Under the pieces are notes generated by a model, which was not told the DNA's origin, made no database searches, and worked only from the letters and a program-made list of their open reading frames with translations. From the NCBI RefSeq assembly GCF_963921235.1, contig NC_086123.1:37200001-37264000 (forward strand): a stretch of DNA of 64,000 nt. The letters are read 5' to 3'. Shown piece after piece: positions 34,201-44,998 of this stretch. The stretch comes from Mobula hypostoma (taxonomy: Eukaryota). Numbering within the stretch: the stretch's first letter is position 1; each line of letters starts with the position of its first letter. A program made the position numbers and the translations under genes.

Positions 34201-36651
34201 CTTCTCCACACAAAAGTTGGTGCATATTGTAATGAGCTGCCAGAAATAATGGCTGAGGTGGCCATCTTGAAAAGCCATCTAGATATGTCCGTGGAAAGGA
34301 GAGTTTTAGAGGGCTACGGACCAAGTGTGGGCAGATGGTTCTAAACTGCTGGGCAACACTGTTGGCACTGACGCGTTGGGCGAAGTGCCTGCTTCCATGG
34401 TGTAATCCTCTATGACTCTGAAACTGCAGGTGATTATGAGACAAATCATGTGAAGGCCTGCAGAGGGTAAGGATTGAGTATAGGAGCCAGGATGTCTTCC
34501 TGTGACAGGACCAAGGGATGGTGCCAGGGAAGAGAGTCAGCAGAGTAACCGGCAAGTGGAAGGACGTCTGATCTCTGCTGGTGGCACGGCCGTGAGGTGG
34601 TTAGTGTAATATTTCACAGCGCTAGCTGTAAGATCAGGGTTCGATTCCCACTGTGGTCTGGAATGTCTGTATGTTCTCCCTGTGAAACCATAGAAACCAT
34701 AGAAACTACAGCACAGAAACAGGCCTTTTGGCCCTTCTTGGCTGTGCCAAACCATTTTCTGCCTAGTCCCACTGACCTGCACACGGACCATATCCCTCCA
34801 TACACCTCCCATCCATGTATCTGTCCAACTTATTCTTAAATGTTAAAAAAGATCCCGCATTTACCACTTCGTCTGGCAGCTCATACCATACTCCCACCAC
34901 TCTCTGTGTGAAAAAGCCCCCCCTAATGTTCCCTTTAAACTTTTCCCCCGTCACCCTAAACCCATGTCCTCTGGTTTTTTTCTCCCCTTGCCTCAGTGGA
35001 AAAAGCCTGCTTGCATTCACTCTATCTATACCCATCATAATTTTATATACCTCTATCAAATCTCCCCTCATTCTTCTACGCTCCAGGGAATAAAGTCCCA
35101 ACCTATTCAACCTTTCTCTGTAACTGAGTTTCTCAAGTCCTGGCAACATCCTTGTAAACCTTCTCTGCACTCTTTCAACCGTATTAATATCCTTCCTGTA
35201 ATTTGGTGACCAAAACTGAATACAATACTCCAGATTCGGCCTCACCAATGCCTTATACAACCTCATCATAACATTTCAGGTCTTATACTCAATACTTTGA
35301 TTTATAAAGGCCAATGTACCAAAAGCTCTCTTTACGACTCTATCTACCTGTGACGCCACTTTTAGGGAATTTTGTATCTGTATTCCCAGATCCCTCTGTT
35401 CCACTGCACTCCTCAGTGCCTTACCATTAACCCTGTATGTTCTACGTTGGTTTGTCCTTCCAACATGCAATACCTCACACTTGTCAGTATTAAACTCCAT
35501 CTGCCATTTTTTAGCCCATTTTTCCAGCTGGTCCAAGTCCCTTTGCAGGCTCTGAAAACCTTCCTCACTGTCTACTACATCTCCAATCTTTGTATCATCA
35601 GCAAACTTGCTGATCCAATTTACCACATTATCATCCAGATCATTGATATAGATGACAAATAACAATGGACCCAGCACTGATCTCTATGGCACACCACTAG
35701 TCACAGGCCTCCACTCAGAGAAGCAATTCTCTACCACCACTCTCTGGCTTCTTCCATCGAGCCAACGTCCAATCCAATTTACCACCTCTCCATGTATACC
35801 TAGCGACTGAATTTTCCTAACTAACCTCCCATGCGGGACCTTGTCAAAGGCCTTACTGAAGTCCATGTAGACAATATCCACTGCCTTCCCTTCATCCACT
35901 TTCCTGGTAACCTCCTCGAAAAACTCCAATAGATTGGTCAAACATGACCTACCACGCACAAAGCCATGTTGACTCTCCCTAATAAGCCCCTGTCTATCCA
36001 AATGCTTGTAGATTCTGTCTCTTAGTACTCCCTCCAATAACTGACCTACTACTGACGTTAAACTCACCGGCCTATAATTTCCCGGATTACTTTTCGATCC
36101 TTTTTTAAACAACGGAACAACATGAGCCACTCTCCAATCCTCTGGCACCTCACCTGTAGACAGCGACATTTTAAATATTTCTGCCAGGGCCCCTGCAATT
36201 TCAACACTAGTCTCCTTCAAGGTCCAAGGGAACAAGGTCCGAGGGAAAACGTGATCTTCCTCTGAGTGCTCAGATTTTCTCCCACATTGCAAAGATGTAC
36301 GAGTTAGTGTTGGTAAATTGTCAGCATGTGGGTGCTGGAAGACAGGTGACCATAATGGGCTGTCTCCAGCACATGCCCAGACTGTATTGGTTATTGATGC
36401 AAATGACACATTTCATTGTATGTTTTCTGTGACAAATCAAATGAATATTAAACCTTATCTTTTCCTCCCGCTGCTGCAGATGGGTCGGATACCAGTACCC
36501 TGGATACAGAGGATACCAGTACCTGTTTGAGATGGGGGATTACAAGCACTGGAATGAATGGTACGCCCAGCAGCCCATGATCCAGTCCATCCGCCGTCTC
36601 CGAGACATGCAATGGCATCAGAAGGGCTTCTTCCAGCTGGCCACCAAGTGA
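25095..36651 (+). CDS. CRYBB1: Beta-crystallin B1, spliced CDS join(25095-25211, 28452-28570, 30788-30920, 33592-33734, 36480-36651), 227 aa
   Basis: Five GT-AG exons with compatible phases (117+119+133+143+172 = 684 nt). Motifs [42 protein letters not shown] and RRLRDMQWH are betaB1-type. Divergent linkage to CRYBA4. Confidence 0.93.
26910..27215 (+). mobile_element. tRNA-derived V-SINE-like element (representative uninterrupted copy)
   Basis: B-box-like gttcaattccc, V-domain core gagtttgtatg...gggtttcc...ttccaaagac and a gtacatgtgacaaataaa tail. Other copies near 18125, 27395, 31100, 33150, 34580, 50490 and 56725. Confidence 0.75.
28452..28570 (+). CDS. CRYBB1: CRYBB1 exon 3
   Basis: ttgcag|[40 protein letters not shown]|gtaagt. 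Confidence 0.95.
28965..29360 (-). mobile_element. Interspersed element with an RTE/BovB-like 3' end
   Basis: ggcaaaacacttctg...ttgccaag tail on minus. Paralogs at about 15430-15610, 20220-20470 and 63120-63300. Confidence 0.55.
29537..29606. mobile_element. Short hAT-like MITE fragment
   Basis: Ends CAGGGGTTCCCAACC ... GGTTAGGAACGCCTG. Related copies near 14310-14375, 18285 and 31835. Confidence 0.45.
30788..30920 (+). CDS. CRYBB1: CRYBB1 exon 4
   Basis: ttccag|[44 protein letters not shown]|gtacgt. Confidence 0.95.
32383..32802 (+). mobile_element. Old CR1 3' fragment
   Basis: CR1 3' region with a gggccgaa...(TTCTATG) tail. Confidence 0.65.
33592..33734 (+). CDS. CRYBB1: CRYBB1 exon 5
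   Basis: tcacag|[48 protein letters not shown]|gtgagt. Confidence 0.95.
34684..36248 (-). mobile_element. Young CR1 LINE (RT region with two disruptions) inserted into a V-SINE in CRYBB1 intron 5
   Basis: [24 protein letters not shown] and KFADDTK motifs; (CATAGAAAC) tail; SINE halves at 34580-34683 and 36249-36445. Confidence 0.92.
36480..36651 (+). CDS. CRYBB1: CRYBB1 last exon
   Basis: ctgcag|[56 protein letters not shown] then TGA. Confidence 0.95.
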
Positions 36652-36803
36652 GGAGGCTCCTCCTGCCATCGCCCTCAGAGTTCGTTCACCCAGTTCAGTC
36701 CCCCAGGGAATCGGTTCGCAACCCATTTTTCATTCACCTGGAGCAGGGCATTCCTCTGCACTTTACAACGTAAAGCAGATTCCAAACTGTACCTTACCAT
36801 GCA

Positions 36804-36809
36804 AATAAA
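36804..36809 (+). terminator. CRYBB1 polyadenylation signal AATAAA
   Basis: First AATAAA about 150 nt after the TGA. Confidence 0.7.
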
Positions 36810-37419
36810 AAAGGTGGAGGAAACATTGGCAGCTTGGTCTGGTTCATAGGATGGGTCAGCATTTGGCGCATTTCCCTGCAGGGGTGGAATTTGTCCTCAG
36901 GACCTATGACAGAGTGGAGCTATAGGGATGTAGATACCTGAAGCTCTGGATCTGAAAGACGGCCCTGTCCATTTAATAGAACTGCTTTCAGAAACAGATT
37001 TCAATGTGCAGAAGCTAAGTATTGTGATTTTGGCATGAAGGCTCAAGGAAGTACTGTTGTGCTCTCCTGTTGGGACAGTGATCCGTGAAATCAGTGGTTC
37101 TCTGTACCTTCATCCACCATACATGACATGGAGGGTGTGGTTGCTCATTACCCACTATGTTTGGCAATGGGGTCTGGATACTGGGAACAATATGGAGTCT
37201 AGGAGATTCTGCACGCTGGTCTCGACTGATATCATGGGTGCTGTCACTAGACGCTGGACCCTATGGATAATATAGGCAGTGGACAGTGGGCACTGGACAC
37301 TTCTGGACATTATGGAGAGTGGACAATATAGATACTCTTGGTGGGTATTGGACACTGTGGACATTGTAGTACCTTAGATACTGGACATGATGGTATTAAT
37401 CACACAGAACACTATGGCC

Positions 37420-38600
37420 ACTGGATACAATGGACACTGAGCTCTATGGACACTGGACACTATGGTATCAATGACACTGGACTCTATGGACACTGGACAC
37501 TATGGTATCAATGACACTGGACCCTATGGTTACTGGACACTGTGGACAATGGACCCTAGGGACACTGTACACTAAGGAATCAATGACACCAGACTCTATG
37601 GACACTGGACACTACAGTATCAATGACACTAGACATTATGGACACTGGACACTGTGAACACTGGTCCCTATGGACACTGGACACTATGGTATCAATGACA
37701 CTGGACTCTATGGACACTGGACACTATGGTATCAATGACACTGGACTCTATGGACACTGGACACTATGGTATCAATGACACTGGACCCTATGGTTACTGG
37801 ACACTGTGGACAATGGACCCTAGGGACACTGTACACTAAGGAATCAATGACACCAGACTCTATGGACACTGGACACTACAGTATCAATGACACTAGACAT
37901 TATGGACACTGGACACTGTGAACACTGGTCCCTATGGACACTGGACCCTATGGTATCAATGACACTGGACTCTATGGACACTGGACACTATGGTATCAAT
38001 GTCACTGGACCCTATGGTTACTGGACACTGTGGACACTGGACCCTAGGGACACTGTACACTAAGGAATCAATGACACCAGACTCTATGGACACTATGGTA
38101 TCAATGACACTGGACCCTATGGTTACTGGACACTGGACCCTAGGGACACTGGATACTACAGTATCAATGACACTATACATTATGGACAAATTGGCACTGT
38201 GACACTGTCCCTAGGGACACTGGACACTACAGTATCAATGACACTAGACATTATGGACACTGGACACTGTGACACTGTCCCTAGGGACACTGGACATTAT
38301 GGTATCAATGACACTGGACATTGTGGACACTGGACACTATGGACATTGGTCCCTAGGGACACTGGACACTATGGTATCAATGACACTGGACCCTATGGTT
38401 ACTGGGCACTGGACCCTAGGGACACTGGACACTATGGTATCAATGACACTGGACATTGTGGACACTGGACACTATGGACATTGGTCCCTAGGGACACTGG
38501 ACACTATGGTATCAATGACACTGGACCCTATGGTTACTGGGCACTGGACCCTAGGGACACTGGACACTATGGTATCACTGACACTGGACACGATGGAGTC
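37420..38600 (+). repeat. Complex tandem array built on GGACACT (40-bp unit; higher-order periods of about 264/224 and 135 bp)
   Basis: GGACACTGGACACTATGGTATCAATGACACTGGACTCTAT repeats; degenerate flanks at about 37170-37420 and 38600-38800. Confidence 0.93.
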
Positions 38601-41600
38601 CGTGGATCAGGGACACTATGGACAATAGACACTATGAATACTGCACATTATGAATATTGGACACTAGATATCATAGATTGCGACTATGCGTAGTGGACAC
38701 AAAAATCACTGGACACTATAAACACTGGACACTGTGGACACAAACACTATGGTACTGGATTCAGAGGACACTATGGATAGTGTACACCATGGACATTGAA
38801 ACTAGTGGTCCTTAAGCCACCCAATGCACAAACTGTGGACCTCCCCACCCTAGATATTGGGCTGCAATATTGGGAGGCTCTTGCACCCAGTCACTGTTGG
38901 CGACCAGAGATGAACTATGGGCAGTGATGGGGCATCTGACCGCCCGAGCATGACTTGGGACCTCTCCCCACACACGTTCCTCACTGGAGAGAGTTAGTGG
39001 GTCTGGCCAATGATCCGGATCCAATCCTGATCTCCAGTGCTGTCTGTCTGGTCTACCTGTGATTGCATGGGGTTACTCCCATGTTCCAATGATGTGTGGG
39101 TTGGAGGTTAATTTGTCACTGTGAATTGTCCTGCATGAGCAGGAGAGCGGTAGAATTTAGGGAGGAGCAAATGAGAATGAAAGCAGAATAAAAGTGGTGT
39201 TTATGTTGGATTAATGAAAAGGGTTCAGCACAGACTCAATGGACCAAAGGGCCTGTTACTCTATTGTATCTTTCCATGACTCTATGACCACCCAGAACAA
39301 AGCAGCCCATCCTCCACCTTAATGATTCCCTCCATCCGGAGTAGTTGTAGTCCATACCATCTATCTGTTGGCACCTCCCGACCTACCATCTCTACCACCA
39401 AAAGCAGCAGGAGAGTGGGAACACCACTGGCTGCACATTCCTCCCCAAGCATCATTCTAACAAAGAAAATATTCCTCCATTGTCACTGGTTCTACATCCC
39501 CAAACTCCCTTACCAACTCTGCTCCTCCATTGTCACTGGGTCCATATTCCCAAACTCCCTTCCCAACTCTGCCGTGGGAGCACTTTCACCAGGAGGACTG
39601 CAGTTGTTCAAGAAAGTGGCTCGTAGTCACTTCTCAAGGACAATTAGGAAATAAATGCTGGGTTTGCTGGCTACCTCTATTGAAAAGCGAATGAAGAGAA
39701 GAGCTGCCACATTCTCGAAGGAAGTCTCTCGGTGGAGAGACGGAACACAGCAGGTGTGTGGCTGTGGCCCTGCCTGGTGTCTTTGTGACTGCCTCAGCAA
39801 CCAGTTCACATGACAACGCTGTGAACAGAGCTGTGACTACTGGGAGGCAGCTGGTAGGGGAGGGTGCATGGCTGGGGGAGGTACCCACAACAATCATTCC
39901 AGAAGGATCCTGCTTTGTGAATCACCCACTGCAGAACTGAAGTCAGCGAGGATCTCCGTTCACCAGATTAGCTGCTGCCGTGCATGACCCTTTCACAGCT
40001 GAAGCTCAAAGCTCTCCAGCTTCCCTCCACAGGGTAGGAACGTGGAATCAGATTGTTTGCGTGTGACAGTACAAAGCAGATGATAGCTGTACACAGCTGT
40101 GTTACACAGTTCCCTCCTGACTTGTGTTTCTGCTGAAGTCACAATCGGGTAAGATATAAAACCTGGCAGTGGATTTTGCTGTTGCCTGGTTGATTCTGTC
40201 ATGCCCGAGGTTACATTGTTTTCAAGGTGATCAAAGAACATCGAACAGTACGGTATGAGCCCTTTGTCCCATGATGTTGAGTTAACCTTTTGACCTATTC
40301 TACAATCAACCTAATGCTTCCCTCCTACACATCCCATAACCCTTCCTTTTCCTATCATCCACGTGCCTATCTAAGAATCTTTCAATTGTCCCTAATGGAT
40401 CAGCATGTTCGGCAGTGCATTCCAGGCACACTCCACCCTCTGTACAAGCAACTGCCTCTGACAGTTCCCTTAAACCTTCGTCCACTCACATTAAATGGAT
40501 GGTCTTTGGTATTAGCACTGCAGCCCTGGGAAAGTCTCTGACTGTTCGCTCTATCTACGCCTCTTATCACCCACTACCAAGTTATCTCTCATCCCTCACC
40601 CAGGCGACCCAGCCAGGGCTGATCAGTAGAAAAGTCAACCTTTCCTCAAGAAGTCAATATTGCGAATTTGTTTATAATATTAGATAAACGTTTATGCCTT
40701 AGGATCTGACAAATGACAAAATGTAAACCTGAAACATGAGAAAATCTGAAGGAGGAGAAATAAATGCTTACCTGATCTTGTTTGAAAGGGAAATGTTGTC
40801 CAGATCACAGGAGTAGTTCCAAGGTTCACCACAGAGCTTTACACATCCAAAGACAAACACCTGTTGCACTGTAATTCATTTGTGTTTTGTACCGTTCACC
40901 AGATAATATGGACAAGGCTCAGACTGTGGCTCCCACAAGGAGCACTGTACTCTCAGCTAGAACGAGTCTACAATTTACTTGCAACACCAGCACCGTAGCA
41001 TTCTATACTTCATTGTGTTTCACCAAGTTACACACTGAGATATCAGAGCAATTGACTAAAAAGTTAGTTGGATGATTAATTGATGGTTCAAGGATTGGGG
41101 ACACAAAATTTGGTACAGAAAATTATGAGGCGTATAGACAAGATGAATACTTGTAGCCTTTTTATCCTCAGTTTGGGTGAGACTAGAACTAGAGGTCATT
41201 GGTTCAGGGTGAAAGGTGATATTTAAGGGGATGGACTTTCAAATGCAGCATTTAAGAGAAGTTTGGATAAGTACATGGATGAGAGATGTATGGTTGGCTA
41301 TGGTCGGTGCAGATTGATGGGACGAGGCAGAAGACAAGGCCAGCACACGCTAGATGGACTGAAAGGCCTTCTCTGTGCTGTATCACTCTATGACTCTAAA
41401 TTCAAAATCTGGAGCAAAACATATAAGGTGGTGTGAGGGAAGAAGTTTTTACTCAGTGTTGTTCTGCTCTGAAACTCACCGCAAGGATGTAATGCTAAAC
41501 AACACACATAAAATGGTGGGGGAACTCGGCAGGCTAGACGGCATCTATGAAAAAGAATAAACAGTCAACGTTTTAGGCCAAGACCCTCCAGCGTCTGCAG

Positions 41601-41919
41601 ATTTTCTCTTGTATGTAATACTGAGGCTTTATAAGGCATTGGTCAGATTGCACATGGAGCATTGTGAGCAGTTTTGGTCCCCTTATCTAAGAAAGGATGT
41701 GCTAGCTTTGGAGAAGGTCCAGAGGATGTTCACGAGAAGGATCCCAGGAACGAACGGGTTAATGTAGAGGAGCTTTTGATGGCCTGGGCCTGTACTCACT
41801 GGAGTTCAGAAGAATGAGGGGGGCATCTCTTTGAAACCTAATGAATATTGAAAGATCTAAATGGAGTGGATGTAGAAAGGATGTTTTCTATAGTCAGTGA
41901 GTCTGGGATCAAAGGAGAC

Positions 41920-43844
41920 TGCTATATCTCTTCATTGATAAGAAGGAAACTAAGAATGTCATTAGGAGGGAAAAGATTAACTATGAAAGGAAGCTAGCAA
42001 ATAATATCAAAGAGGATACTTAAAGCTTTTTCAAGTATATAAAGAGTAAAAGACAGGTGAGAGTAGATATAGGACCGATAGAAAATGATGCTGGAAAAAT
42101 TGTAATGGGAGATAAGGAGATGATGGAGGAACTGAATGAGTATTTTGCATCAGTCTTCACTGAGGAAGACATCAGCAGTATACCGAACACTCAAGGGTGG
42201 CAGGGAAGAGAAGTGTGTGCAGTCACAATTACGACAGAGAAAGTACTCAGGAAGCTGAATAGTCTAAAGGTAGATAAATCTCCTGGACCAGATGGAATGC
42301 ACCCTCGTGTTCTGAGGGAAGTAGCTGTGGAGATTGCGGAGGCATTAGTGATGATCTTTCAAAAGTCGATAGATTCTGGCATGGTTCCGGAGGACTGGAA
42401 GATTGCAAATGTCACTCCGCTACTTAAGAAGGGGGCAAGGAAGCAAAAAGTAAATTATAGACCTATTAGCTTGACATCGGTGGTTGGGAAGTTGTTGGAG
42501 TTGATTCTCAAGAATGAGGTTACAGAGTACCTGGAGACATATGACAAGATAGGCAGAACTCAGCATGGATTCCTTAGAGGAAAATCCTGCCTGACAAACC
42601 TGCTACAATTTTTTGAGGAAATTACCAGTAGGCTAGACAAGGGAGATGTAGTGGATGTTGTATATTTGGATTTTCAGAAGGCCTTTGACAAGGTGCCACA
42701 CATGAGGCTACTTAACAAAATAAGAGCCCATGGAATTACGGGAAAGTTACATACGTGGATAGAGCGTTGGCTGATTGGCAGGAAACAGAGAGTGGGAATA
42801 AAGGGATCCTATTCTGGTTGGCTGCCGGTTACCAGTGGTGTTCCACAGGAGTCCGTGTTGGGGCCGCTTCTTTTTACATTGTACATCAATGATTTGGATT
42901 ATGGAATAGATGGCTTTGTGGCTAAGTTTGCTGACGATACGAAGATAGGTGGAGGGGCTGGTAGTGTTGAGGAAACAGAGAGTCTGCAGAGAGACTTGGA
43001 TAGATTGGAAGAATGGGCAAAGAAGTGGCAAATGAAATACAATTTTGGAAAGTGTATGTTTATGCACTTTGGCAGAAGAAATAAATGGGCAGACTATTAT
43101 TTAAATGGGGAGAGAATTCAAAGTTCTGAGATGCAACGGGACTTGGGAGTCCTTGTACAGGATACCCTTAAGGTTAACTTCCAGGTTGAGTCAGTAGTGA
43201 AGAAGGCGAATGCAATGTTGGCATTCATTTCTAGAGGAATAGAGCGGGGATGTGATGTTGAGGCTCTATAAGGCGCTGGTGAGACCTCACTTGGAGTACT
43301 GTGGGCAGTTTTGGGCTCCTTATTTAAGAAAGGATGTGCTGACATTGGAGAGGGTACAGAGAAGAATCACTAGAATGATTCTGGGAATGAGAGGGTTAAC
43401 CTATGAGGAATGTTTGGTCGCTCTTGGACTGTATTCCTTGGAGTTTAGAAGAATGATGGGAGACCTCATAGAAACATTTTGAATTTTGAAAGGCATGGAC
43501 AGAGTGGATGTGGCAAAGTTGTTCCCATGATGGGGGAGTCTAGTACGAGAGGGCATGACTTGAAGGGTGCCCTTTCAGAACAGAAATTCGGAGAAATTTT
43601 TTTAGCCAGAGTGCGGTGAATCTATGGAATTTGTTGCCACGGGCGGCAGTGGAGGCCAAGTCATTGGGTGTATTTAAGGCAGAGATTGATAGGTACCTGA
43701 GTAGCCAGGGCATCAAAGGTTATGGTGAGAAGGCGGGGGAGTGGGACTAAATGGGAGAATGGATCAGCTCATGATAAAATGGCGGAGCAGACTTGATGGG
43801 CCGAATTGGCCGATTTCTGCTCCTTTGTCTCATGGTCTTATGGT
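41920..43844 (+). mobile_element. CR1 LINE RT region (5'-truncated, frameshifted)
   Basis: ORF 42057-43271 has [29 protein letters not shown] and KFADDTK; CTTATGGT tail. Adjoins an older CR1 fragment at 41615-41920. Confidence 0.92.
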
Positions 43845-44998
43845 AACCTATAGTACCCTGCAGGAGATGGATGGCTCACTCACTGCAGAAAATGCAACTT
43901 CCACTGTACACATTCACCTTTTATGGACCCACGGGTATCAACCTCCTGAATGATGTCTCAGTCCTCATTGGCATAAAGGTTTACGCATGGGATGTTTGTC
44001 AAATGAGAAGCCTGAATGAGCTCTGATGAGAAAGACAGGTGACTGAGCTGCAGCCCTCTGGGATCAGCTGGCTGTCAAACCTGTCAAAAACACTGACTGT
44101 TTCTGACACTCGTGGCCATTCACAAACAATTAAAAACTCCACTGACTGCTTCATTTTAAGCATTAATCAGATACAAAAATCAGAATGATTGAAACATTTA
44201 ATTAACCTCACTAAGTCACTGACTTAATATTTAGCTTGACCCATGTCGCAGTTCCTCTCCCTTCAATGAGATGACAGGTATGAACTGGTGCATGGCTTAG
44301 TTTTGAAACAGATCTCTCTGAGTCTTTCTCTTCTCTAACTTTTTAGTTCATCCTTTGATGGGAAAGAAGCCAGAAGTTACTTTTCAGTAGAAAACGCATA
44401 GGTTTGTGGAATGAGTTATCCATATCAGTGAGAGATTTTATAAATGGTTACTCTAATCCTAATTTCTTTATAGAAATGAAAATATATTGCACAGCTGAGG
44501 GGTCAGTCACCGAACAATGGACCTTCTTGTTGCAAATTATTCTCTTGACTCCCCAGTACGCTTGCATTCAGTGTTTGTAACACTCGCCACTTAAAAGTAA
44601 TTAAAATGCTTTATCACTGCCTGACCTTTCCTGATGGTGAAACCTGTCACCTAGATAAATGCACATTATGTGTCTATATATAATTAATCTTGATTTTTGT
44701 CACTTATGTTACTGTGCCACTGGGCCCAATTCTTTTCAATGCCATTCTCTAAGCTCAGTGTGAGGGAATAGCAAATAGTCTAATGTTATTAAGTGTTGAT
44801 ACTATTCTAAGATATGATTATTTAGTCATGAATCTTATTACCTCCAATCCCGACCCTGACTTCTCCAGTGTTTGGTTGGTTACAAATCAAGAAGGAATCC
44901 TTTCAGCTGACATCCTCAATCACTGTGCAGCCGCGATATTCTGGGCAAGCTTTGACCAGTGTAGGCCTCGGTTAGCAACTGTTGTCAAGGGGACATGC

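Noticed and set aside
34580-34660. tRNA gene
   Set aside because: The A/B-box-like motifs belong to a tRNA-derived SINE head; there is no cloverleaf.
37956-38693. Repetitive ORFs (DTGHYGIND..., MTLDPMVTGH...)
   Set aside because: These are translations of the GGACACT satellite.
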